A stretch of 35,007 nt of DNA from Candidatus Delongbacteria bacterium (GTDB taxonomy: Bacteria; UBA4055), in contig JAFGVM010000083.1 of the NCBI GenBank assembly GCA_016937995.1, forward strand, positions 1 to 35,007, in the 5' to 3' direction. Below are positions 27,158-35,007 of the stretch, in pieces (within the stretch, counting starts at the first letter, position 1; the number at the start of each line of letters is the position of its first letter). The notes beneath the pieces were generated by a model. The model did no database searches. It saw nothing but the letters and a program-made list of their open reading frames with translations, and was not told the origin of the DNA. Both the position numbers and the translations under genes were made by a program.

Positions 27158-29290
27158 ATGCCATCCAGATATACAATCCAGATAGACAATATCATTAAGA
27201 GACTACAAGAGAACGGTAGTAACGTAAATGAGGATCTTATCAGAAAAGCATATGAGTTCGCTTTTGAAGCTCATAAAAATGTTTTTAGACGCAGTGGAAA
27301 ACCATACATAGAACATCCTGTGATGGTATCTGAGATATTATCAGAACTGAATGTGGATGATATTACTATTGCTGCTGCATTATTGCATGACGTTGTCGAG
27401 GATACAGATATCTCCGGGCTTGAAATAAGAGAGAATTTTGGTGAAACTATTTATCAGATAGTAGACGGAGTTACAAAGATCGATGAGATAAATTTTGGTA
27501 CTCTGGAAGAGAAACAGGCGGAGAACTTTAGAAAATTGATCATCTCGATGATCAAAGATATCAGGGTAATTATAATAAAGTTTGCAGACAGACTTCATAA
27601 CATGCGCACTATAAAATTCATGAGCGTGGAGAAGCAGAAAAAAATAGCAAAAGAAACTTTAGAGATCTACGCACCGCTTGCTTACAGACTTGGTATGTAT
27701 AAAATAAAAAGTGAACTGGAAGACCTGTCATTTGAACTTCTTGAACCTGAAAATTTCAAGATGATAAAAAATAAGATTGAACTATCCTATGATAAGATGG
27801 AATCTGTTATCAATAAGATACAACCATTAATAATTTCAAAACTAAGCAGTCAGAATATTGAGTCAACAGTGAATGGAAGGATCAAACATTTTTATTCAAT
27901 ATTCAAAAAGCTCAAGACAAGAAAAAGCAGCTTCGAAGAGATCATGGATATTATCGCGATCAGGATAATTATTCCAAAAGAGGAGGATTGCTATAAAGTA
28001 CTGAGTATAGTACATGAAATGTTCTCCCCGGTCCATAAGATGTTCCATGATTATATTGCAGCTCCAAAAGAGAACGGATATCAGTCACTTCACACTAAAG
28101 TTATATTTGAAAATAAGATCATAGAGATACAGATCAGATCTACTAAAATGCATGAAATCGCCGAATGCGGTCTGGCAGCACACTGGAAATATAAACGTAC
28201 TGATATGGAAAATGATCATCATGCACTAGATAAATACATTATCAGACTTAGAGGAATACTTCAGGAAAGCTTTGAGTCAAAAGATCCTAAAGAATTCCTG
28301 GAAGAATTGAAGATCAATCTGATCTCAGGAGAGATATTTGTATTTACACCAAAAAAAGATCTTATAACGCTCCCGGTGGGATCTACCCCAGTTGATTTTG
28401 CATACAAGATCCATGAAAATATCGGAAATCACTGTATCGCTGCAAAAGTTTCTGGACAGATCATTCCGCTGTATACCCCATTGGAAAATGGGAATGTTGT
28501 TGAAATAATAACTTCCAATAAGTTCACTCCAACATACAACTGGTTAAAATTCGCTAAAAGCCCCCGTGCAAGAACATCAATTAAACACTTCCTTAAAAAG
28601 ATCGAGTTCAATAAAACTTTAAAACTGGGAAGAGAGACTTTTTATAATGAACTGGAGAAGTACAAGATCAAACCTGATCGTGATATAATCAGACAAACTT
28701 CTTCTGCTTTTGGCTATAAAACTATTGAAGAATTTTATAACTCAATAGGTAATGGAGTTATCAAACCTATACATTTTATGAGAAAAATAAGCAGTTTTAA
28801 GAAAGAGGGTATGTTTGAAAAACTTATTCATAAAATAAGGTTGAAGTCCAGGGATAAGAGAGAAATTTTCAATACTTCTGTCGAAAATGCAAAAATGATA
28901 AATGCTGACTGCTGTCATCCTCTACCCGGGGATTCTATAGTGGGCGAGATAGTTGATGAGATGATAATAATCCATATTGCGAACTGTTCAAAGATCGGTG
29001 CTGTTGAACCGCAAAATTTGATCAATATCAATTGGGAAACAGAGAAATATGAAAATTATGATGTTAAATTCAAGGTCGCAGCGGAAGATAGACAACAGCT
29101 GTTACTTGATATGATCAAAGCACTCAATTCCCTGAATATTAATTTATCCCACCTTGTCATAAAAGTTGAAGATTCTATCGCTGTTGCGGAATTTATTGCA
29201 AAAGTAAAAAACCTTAATCATTTTATTAAACTCAGAAAAAAACTTCTTGGTATAAAAAGTGTTCTAAGCGTAGAAAGATTTCTCGAGTAA
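27158..29290 (+). CDS. rel: Long RSH (p)ppGpp synthetase/hydrolase (Rel/SpoT)
   Basis: HD motif LLHDVVED, KFADRLHNMRT, synthetase GRIKHFYSI / NGYQSLHT / EIQIR, TGS domain FTPK...TPVDFAY, CCHPLPGD and a C-terminal ACT domain. Confidence 0.95.
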   Translation: MPSRYTIQIDNIIKRLQENGSNVNEDLIRKAYEFAFEAHKNVFRRSGKPYIEHPVMVSEILSELNVDDITIAAALLHDVVEDTDISGLEIRENFGETIYQIVDGVTKIDEINFGTLEEKQAENFRKLIISMIKDIRVIIIKFADRLHNMRTIKFMSVEKQKKIAKETLEIYAPLAYRLGMYKIKSELEDLSFELLEPENFKMIKNKIELSYDKMESVINKIQPLIISKLSSQNIESTVNGRIKHFYSIFKKLKTRKSSFEEIMDIIAIRIIIPKEEDCYKVLSIVHEMFSPVHKMFHDYIAAPKENGYQSLHTKVIFENKIIEIQIRSTKMHEIAECGLAAHWKYKRTDMENDHHALDKYIIRLRGILQESFESKDPKEFLEELKINLISGEIFVFTPKKDLITLPVGSTPVDFAYKIHENIGNHCIAAKVSGQIIPLYTPLENGNVVEIITSNKFTPTYNWLKFAKSPRARTSIKHFLKKIEFNKTLKLGRETFYNELEKYKIKPDRDIIRQTSSAFGYKTIEEFYNSIGNGVIKPIHFMRKISSFKKEGMFEKLIHKIRLKSRDKREIFNTSVENAKMINADCCHPLPGDSIVGEIVDEMIIIHIANCSKIGAVEPQNLININWETEKYENYDVKFKVAAEDRQQLLLDMIKALNSLNINLSHLVIKVEDSIAVAEFIAKVKNLNHFIKLRKKLLGIKSVLSVERFLE

Positions 29291-29300
29291 CTGAAATCAA

Positions 29301-30362
29301 TTAATCCTTGATCATTTTGTACATTTTCTTAATTTGTTCTTTCCATTCTTCTCTAAGAGTAGCAGGTGAAAGAATCTCAGCATAACTACCATACCTCAAA
29401 ACCCTTCCGATCAATTCTCCTGAAGCTTTAACTGGATAAGGCAGCTCAAACTGGGTATAAGCACCTTTGTTTTTGTCTGTCGAAACAGTAGTTTTCTGTT
29501 TTTCAAACCAGAGAATTTCACTCATACTTTTATTTACCGGATCGTAAAATCTTATAGTTGCAGTTTCAGTTTTACTGCTCATTATAATTCCGAAAGAATC
29601 TGAGTAGGATAATTTTTCGTATTTCTTTACTACGTATGGATACGATGTTTTAAAAATGTTACTGATCTGGGACAGATTGAACATTCTAGCTTTACTGGAT
29701 TTTATAGATTCAGAACTCTCAATAACTATTCCTATCAAATACCACTTGGCTGTGTAATGTATTAGCTTTATAGGTTCAAACAAAAGATCTTTGTTATTAT
29801 AAGTGAACTTAACGAGCATTTCATTTTCGAATGAATGGATGATAGTGTTTATCATGTTACCGAATTTTAATTTCTGCTCTATCTTGTAATGTTCAGACAT
29901 ATGATACTCTATCTTCTCTGAGATCTCCTTATCCTTATCAGAAAGTACACTTTCCATTATCCTCAAAATAGGTTGATAATCTGTAACTGTTTTACTTTGT
30001 GTTTTAGAATTTATCGGAGGAAAATAGAATTCACTGTTGATCATACTTTTAACAAAGCTGTAGAAAAACAATATGTCATTATGAGTATAAAGTTCATTAT
30101 AGAATTCATTGAACTTATCAAATAAAGTTTCCTCGATCATATTTTTTTCACGATCTTTGTCGATCTTGTAAAGATGATCTTTCCTGTCGTAAAATAACGG
30201 GATATTAAATAATTCCTCAAGATCCTTTAATGATCTTTTAAAAGAACTCTCGCTGATCTCTCCGATGAAACTGTCCATAATTTCATTCTTGGACAATTTA
30301 CCTTTTGAAATAAGAGTATTCAGCATTAAAGCAATTCTACCCAGGTTTTTTTTATCGGTCAT
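29301..30362 (-). CDS. wHTH-WYL-WCX transcriptional regulator
   Basis: N-terminal wHTH (ISESSFKRSLKDLE...YDRK); FEPIKL...KWYLIG, RMFNLSQI, SFGI; WCX tail VLRYGSYAEILSPATLRE. Confidence 0.87.
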   Translation of the reverse strand: MTDKKNLGRIALMLNTLISKGKLSKNEIMDSFIGEISESSFKRSLKDLEELFNIPLFYDRKDHLYKIDKDREKNMIEETLFDKFNEFYNELYTHNDILFFYSFVKSMINSEFYFPPINSKTQSKTVTDYQPILRIMESVLSDKDKEISEKIEYHMSEHYKIEQKLKFGNMINTIIHSFENEMLVKFTYNNKDLLFEPIKLIHYTAKWYLIGIVIESSESIKSSKARMFNLSQISNIFKTSYPYVVKKYEKLSYSDSFGIIMSSKTETATIRFYDPVNKSMSEILWFEKQKTTVSTDKNKGAYTQFELPYPVKASGELIGRVLRYGSYAEILSPATLREEWKEQIKKMYKMIKD

Positions 30363-30386
30363 TTTACCCTCTTAAATGTTATAGGC

Positions 30387-30417
30387 AAAACTTATAGTAT
30401 TTTGTGAAGTTTTTCAA
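30387..30417 (-). promoter_or_regulatory. Putative WYL promoter overlapped by a 7-bp inverted repeat
   Basis: TTGAAA-N17-TAAGTT on the minus strand; AAAACTT (30387-30393)-N13-AAGTTTT (30407-30413). Confidence 0.4.
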
Positions 30418-30418
30418 T

Positions 30419-30444
30419 AAAAAAAGGCCGATAAAAATCGGCCT
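30419..30444 (-). terminator. Rho-independent terminator of bamA-skp
   Basis: The minus strand reads AGGCCGAT-tttt-ATCGGCC followed by T7. Confidence 0.85.
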
Positions 30445-30467
30445 ATATAACTAAAGAAAATTTAGTA

Positions 30468-30971
30468 CTACTTGTTAAGCTCTTTTAATATTTCATCTGT
30501 TATTTCATACTCCGGTTTTGCAAATAATAAAGTTCCTGTATTAGCATCAAACACATAATCATATTTACCTTTTTCAGAAACAGATTTGATCACTTCGTTA
30601 ATCTTATCAATTATAGGTTGCATCAAAGTCTGGTTCTTTTTGTAAAATTCACCTGTTTGACCCCAGGTCATCTCTTTAAACTGCTGATACTCCATTAACT
30701 TCTTTTGACCTTCCTGCATTTTTTCATTTTTCTTCTCTTCAGATATCATAACTGACATATTCTTGAATTCATCTTCAAGTTTTTTGATTTCCTGTTCCAT
30801 TTGCATTGCTTTGTTTTCCTGCTCCTTATTCCATTTACCAAGCTCTTCTTTAGCTTTCTTTGCTTCAGAGTATTCTGCTAATACTTTGTCAGAATTGATG
30901 TAAGCAAATTTCATCTCTGCGAACATAGCGATCGAAATGATCAGAATGAAAAATGTTATTAGTCTTTTCAT
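30468..30971 (-). CDS. skp: Periplasmic chaperone Skp/OmpH
   Basis: Signal peptide; KFAYINSDKVL, coiled coil and YDYVFD...LLFAKPEYEITDEILKEL; directly downstream of bamA. Confidence 0.92.
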   Translation of the reverse strand: MKRLITFFILIISIAMFAEMKFAYINSDKVLAEYSEAKKAKEELGKWNKEQENKAMQMEQEIKKLEDEFKNMSVMISEEKKNEKMQEGQKKLMEYQQFKEMTWGQTGEFYKKNQTLMQPIIDKINEVIKSVSEKGKYDYVFDANTGTLLFAKPEYEITDEILKELNK

Positions 30972-31005
30972 TATCCTTCTCCTGTCTATTTAAATTTATC
31001 TTTCG

Positions 31006-31037
31006 TAACTTCTAACTTCTGATTTCTAAATTCTGAA
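31006..31037. repeat. Degenerate heptamer repeat TAACTTC-TAACTTC-TGATTTC-TAAATTC-TGAA
   Basis: Abuts the bamA stop codon; the minus-strand unit GAAGTTA is one mismatch from GAAGTAA. Confidence 0.75.
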
Positions 31038-33374
31038 TTATAAATTTGTCCCCATTCTGAAGTGAGTTCTTAAGTTATCTGTCCAGTCAGCTTTCTGACC
31101 AAACTCTTCAAAGTAATCAAATCCATATCCAAAATCAAGTCCCATCATTCCAAGCATCGGAACATTTATCCTTATACCAAGTCCTGCTCCCTTCTGAAGA
31201 TCAAAGATATTAGCTTCTTTGAAATCTCTCCATAAGTTTCCCGCATCAAAAAATGCTAAACCGTATACAAGCATAGGATCGTCAGTAAATTTAAATCTCA
31301 GCTCAATTGATGATTTAAACATATTTCTACCACCGATATAGTAACCGTTATTATACGGACCAATAGAATTCTCATCATAGCCTCTCAAAGGTTCACCCCC
31401 TGAAAGTCCTCCTCCACCCATGTAAAAGTATTCTCTTGAGCTGATATATGATGACTCTCTTAGTTTGTCCATTACCCCAGCCACGTACTGGGTGTAGAGC
31501 ACTAACCTGTCCTTGTATAAAGGTTGATACCATTTGATATCGAGTTTGTGCTTGTGGAACTCCTCATCACCACCAAAAATACCACCTGCCATTTTTGTCA
31601 TTAGTGTCAGTGTCGATCCTCTCGAAGGAAAGTCAGCTCTGTCTCTGCTGTCCCTTATCAGATATTCTGTCATTGCGGAAGAAATTATAGTTTTACCCTC
31701 AAATAATTCATACTCAGGTGGTGAATCTTCCCTGACATTTGTATATTCCACCCTGTCAAGAGAATAATACCATAATCCTCTCATCCAGTTGTCACTCCAT
31801 GCGAATCTTCTACCCAGTTTTAACAATCCCCCTACAATATGGGTATCAGAGTAAGAGTCACTCCTTTTTTGATAGTTGGCACTCATTCCTACAAGTGTAG
31901 GGGTATCATAAAGCCATGGTTCTTCAACACTTATTGAATATTTATAATACTCAGCACCGAATTCTATATTGGTTGATAATTTTTGTCCATCACCAACTGA
32001 GAACGGGTTACTAAAAGAAAAGTTATTAAATACAAGCCCCACTGATCCGACAAAACCGTCAGATTGAGAATATGCAATAGAAGTTTGAGCCTGTTCAGTG
32101 GCTTTTTCTTTTATCGTGAATACAAGATCGACTTCCTTTTCATTGACCGGGACCATGTCTGGCATAACCATTTCAAAGTAATTAAGTATCATTGCATTTC
32201 TCTGACTTCTCAAAATTTTTGTTTTGTTGAAAACATCACCTGGATAAATTGCCATTTCCCTTCTAAGAACTTTTTCGTTCGTTCTGGTATTACCAACAAA
32301 ATTTACCTTCCTGATCCTTGCTCTGGTACCTTCAGTTATCCTGAACCTGTACGAAATAGTGTCTGTTCCAGTTAATTCCTCTTCCGGAACTATTTGTGCT
32401 CTCAGATAACCCTTATCCATATACATTGTTGAAAGGTTATTATACAAAGACATATCAAATTTTTCTCTGTTGTACTCCTCGCCCTTTTCAAAGTCCAGAC
32501 CTCTTTGCAATTCATCAGCAGAGAATAAAGAATTCCCTTCAAATCTTGTATTTCCAAAGTAATATTTAGTTCCCTCAGAAATGTTGATGTCGATATATAT
32601 CTCATCGTTCTTATCATTGTAATAAACACTGTCACTTACGATCTCAACATCTTTATATCCGTTATTCTGATAAAAGTATACAAGTCTTTCAAGATCCTGT
32701 TCGAAAAGATCTCTTTTGTATACACCGTCCCTCCACCATGCGTCTTCATGGGTTTCTTCGAAGTTATCCATAAGATCATCTTTGTCAAAAACTGAATTCC
32801 CTTTGAAAGTGATCTTTTCGATGAATATCTCTTTACCTTCTTCAATTGTAATTTTCAGATCAACTTCTCTTTGATTAATATGCTCAGTTTTAAACTCAAC
32901 ATCAGCCAGAAGAAAATTTTCTGATCTATAAAAATCTTTAATCCTGTTTTTTATATTTACCAGGTCATTTTTCTTAAGTATTTGTCCCTTCCTTAATTTT
33001 ACCAGAGGCTCAATCTCTTCCTCTTTAAACTCATCAACACCTATTATCTTTACATTATTCAACCTTGGTGATTCTTCAACGATTATTTTTAAATATATCT
33101 TACCGTTATCCAGGGTTTTAGCTTCGATAATGATGTTCGAGAACAGATTAAGACCCCATAATTTCCTGATCGCATTCTGAATATCCTCACCGAAAACTTT
33201 TTCACCTTTTCCCAAACCTGATGAAAGTTTTATCACATCCTGTGAAACTGTTGTTCCCTCAACTACAAGATCGACTATTTCCATAGCCTCCTGAGTATTT
33301 CCAGAATTCTGCTGAGAGTTTAATAAAAACGTAGTCGCAAGTATGAATAATATAAAGATCTTATTGTTGAGCAT
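31038..33374 (-). CDS. bamA: Outer membrane protein assembly factor BamA
   Basis: POTRA repeats (GNTRTNEKVLRRE), EPWLYD, LRGY motif, FFDAGNLW and a terminal beta-strand; start placed at ATG 33374 after AGGA. Confidence 0.95.
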   Translation of the reverse strand: MLNNKIFILFILATTFLLNSQQNSGNTQEAMEIVDLVVEGTTVSQDVIKLSSGLGKGEKVFGEDIQNAIRKLWGLNLFSNIIIEAKTLDNGKIYLKIIVEESPRLNNVKIIGVDEFKEEEIEPLVKLRKGQILKKNDLVNIKNRIKDFYRSENFLLADVEFKTEHINQREVDLKITIEEGKEIFIEKITFKGNSVFDKDDLMDNFEETHEDAWWRDGVYKRDLFEQDLERLVYFYQNNGYKDVEIVSDSVYYNDKNDEIYIDINISEGTKYYFGNTRFEGNSLFSADELQRGLDFEKGEEYNREKFDMSLYNNLSTMYMDKGYLRAQIVPEEELTGTDTISYRFRITEGTRARIRKVNFVGNTRTNEKVLRREMAIYPGDVFNKTKILRSQRNAMILNYFEMVMPDMVPVNEKEVDLVFTIKEKATEQAQTSIAYSQSDGFVGSVGLVFNNFSFSNPFSVGDGQKLSTNIEFGAEYYKYSISVEEPWLYDTPTLVGMSANYQKRSDSYSDTHIVGGLLKLGRRFAWSDNWMRGLWYYSLDRVEYTNVREDSPPEYELFEGKTIISSAMTEYLIRDSRDRADFPSRGSTLTLMTKMAGGIFGGDEEFHKHKLDIKWYQPLYKDRLVLYTQYVAGVMDKLRESSYISSREYFYMGGGGLSGGEPLRGYDENSIGPYNNGYYIGGRNMFKSSIELRFKFTDDPMLVYGLAFFDAGNLWRDFKEANIFDLQKGAGLGIRINVPMLGMMGLDFGYGFDYFEEFGQKADWTDNLRTHFRMGTNL

Positions 33375-33416
33375 TAACTTTCCTGTTATTAAAGTATTTA
33401 ACTGTTGCACGTGCAG

Positions 33417-33445
33417 AATTTAACTTTTGGTTTAATAAATGTCAA
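33417..33445 (-). promoter_or_regulatory. Putative promoter of bamA-skp
   Basis: TTGACA-N17-TAAATT on the minus strand. Confidence 0.65.
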
Positions 33446-33609
33446 GCTATTAAATTTATGTATGTACACTATGATCACCTGATTTTTTTATAATTCTCTT
33501 TTATACACGCTAAAACCCAGTTTGTTCTACCAGACCATTAATTTCATTTTTTGTTTTTATAAAATACGTGAGACCTGTTGATAGAAATAAATATTATGGT
33601 CTTTTAGTG

Positions 33610-33638
33610 TTGTTTTTGATCCTTCAAGTAGTTAAATT
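33610..33638 (+). promoter_or_regulatory. Putative promoter of uvrB
   Basis: TTGTTT-N17-TAAATT about 30 nt before the ATG. Confidence 0.4.
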
Positions 33639-33669
33639 CGCTGTTATGAAAAATGTTAGAAATCACACT

Positions 33670-35007
33670 ATGAAAAATAATTTCAAACTGGTGTCCCCGT
33701 TTTCCCCTACTGGTGACCAGCCTGAAGCAATCGAGCAAATATACAATAATTTTATATCCGGAGTGGAAAAACAAACATTACTGGGAGTGACTGGTAGTGG
33801 TAAAACATTCACAATGGCAAATGTAATTAATAAATTGAACAAACCCACTTTGATAATATCTCATAATAAAACTCTGGCAGCTCAACTTTATGGAGAATTA
33901 AAAGAATTCTTCCCTGAAAATGCTGTTGAATATTTTATCAGCTATTACGATTATTATCAACCTGAGGCTTATTTACCCAGCAGAGACATTTATATTGAAA
34001 AAACTACATCCTCAAATGATGAGATAGAAAAGTTAAGACTACGGGCAACATCCTCCCTGATATCCAGGAATGACGTGATCATAGTAGCATCCGTAAGTTG
34101 TATTTATGGACTTGGATCTCCTGATGATTATAAAGAACTGTCAGTTGAAGTACATACCGGTGATACACTGAATAGAAATTCATTTTTTAAATCTCTTGTT
34201 GAAATGCAGTATGAGCGAAATAATTATGAGCTTTCTAATGGGAAATTCAGGATAAAAGGTGATATAATAGATATCCATCCTTCCTACGATGACACTGGTA
34301 TAAGATTGCATACTTTCGGAGATGAGGTTGAACGTATCGAAATAATAAATCATGTGACCGGTAACGTAATCGAAGTATTGAATGAGATCAATATTTATCC
34401 TGCAAAACACTTTGTTGTGACCCAGCCCAAATTAAAAAAAGCAATAAATTTGATAGAAGAGGAACTTGAAACCAGAATTCCATTCTTTCAAAACAGAAAT
34501 ATGCTTGTAGAGGCTCAAAGGATCGAAAATAGAGTCAAAATGGATATTGAATTTCTCAAAGAAATGGGATTCTGTCCCGGTATAGAAAATTACTCCAGAC
34601 ATATTTCAGGAAGAAAAGAGGGTCAAAGACCGTATTGTTTAATTGATTTTTTTCCTGATGATTTTTTACTGATCATCGACGAATCTCATGCTACAGTTCC
34701 TCAGATAAGAGCTATGTATAAAGGTGACCGTTCCCGAAAGACCACACTGGTAGATTACGGCTTCAGATTACCTTCTGCTTTGGATAACAGACCGTTACAG
34801 TTCGAAGAGTTTGAACAGATCACTAACAAAACACTTTACCTTTCTGCAACTCCTGCAGATTATGAACTTGAAAAGTCGAAGGGATTGATCGTAGAGCAAA
34901 TTGTAAGACCTACAGGAATATTGGACCCAATGATAGAGGTAAGATCTTCTAAAGGTCAGATCGATGATCTGATGGAGGAAATAAAGAAAACAACTGATAA
35001 TAAAGAA
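33670..35007 (+). CDS. uvrB: Excinuclease ABC subunit B, truncated by the window end
   Basis: Not in the ORF track. Manual translation from ATG 33670 gives PTGDQPEAI, LGVTGSGKTFT, HNKTLAAQL, YYDYYQPEAY, IDESH, SATP and RPTGILDP in one frame. Confidence 0.97.
   Translation, partial: MKNNFKLVSPFSPTGDQPEAIEQIYNNFISGVEKQTLLGVTGSGKTFTMANVINKLNKPTLIISHNKTLAAQLYGELKEFFPENAVEYFISYYDYYQPEAYLPSRDIYIEKTTSSNDEIEKLRLRATSSLISRNDVIIVASVSCIYGLGSPDDYKELSVEVHTGDTLNRNSFFKSLVEMQYERNNYELSNGKFRIKGDIIDIHPSYDDTGIRLHTFGDEVERIEIINHVTGNVIEVLNEINIYPAKHFVVTQPKLKKAINLIEEELETRIPFFQNRNMLVEAQRIENRVKMDIEFLKEMGFCPGIENYSRHISGRKEGQRPYCLIDFFPDDFLLIIDESHATVPQIRAMYKGDRSRKTTLVDYGFRLPSALDNRPLQFEEFEQITNKTLYLSATPADYELEKSKGLIVEQIVRPTGILDPMIEVRSSKGQIDDLMEEIKKTTDNKE

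Noticed and set aside
27158-30362. Defence island or toxSAS module around the WYL gene
   Set aside because: The RSH is a full-length housekeeping Rel with an intact HD domain, and no nuclease, toxin, methylase or integrase gene is adjacent.
642-34410. The many 60-125 aa ORFs nested in or antisense to larger genes (e.g. 6254-6628, 9477-9782, 32064-32375, 33663-33848, 34180-34410)
   Set aside because: They are shadows of well-supported genes (iorA, FecR gene, bamA, uvrB) with no recognisable motifs.

Overview
AT-rich bacterial chromosome segment, mostly core genes, from a diderm LPS-producing and probably anaerobic organism. An FCB-superphylum-like lineage is inferred from the long Bacteroidota-type omega subunit, DUF4301 and IorAB. 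The window opens in a perfect (GAAGTAA)12 tandem repeat, followed on the + strand by DUF58 and a membrane transglutaminase. A long minus-strand run then carries a stand-alone MurG with a ~260-aa HEAT-like tail, GNAT-membrane protein-iorA-iorB, a secreted FecR-domain protein, and kdsA-kdsC-lptC-yicC-gmk-rpoZ-coaBC. The next plus-strand run has rluD, an SH3-like/coiled-coil/TPR exported protein, ribF, a metallophosphoesterase, DUF4301, a GH73 glucosaminidase, a frameshifted SPFH/GYF_2 gene with its Zn-ribbon partner, nnr and rel. It ends with a WYL regulator, skp and bamA on the minus strand and a 3'-truncated uvrB that the ORF track missed. I found no rRNA, tRNA, CRISPR array, transposase or prophage gene. 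The most notable items are the MurG-HEAT fusion outside a dcw cluster, dispersed 7-nt-period intergenic repeats, an orphan WYL regulator with an inverted repeat over its promoter, the one-base SPFH frameshift, non-cysteine ferredoxin ligands in IorA, and a consistent TTGnnn-N17-TAnnTT promoter pattern. All family calls come from motif recognition by eye, with no database search.
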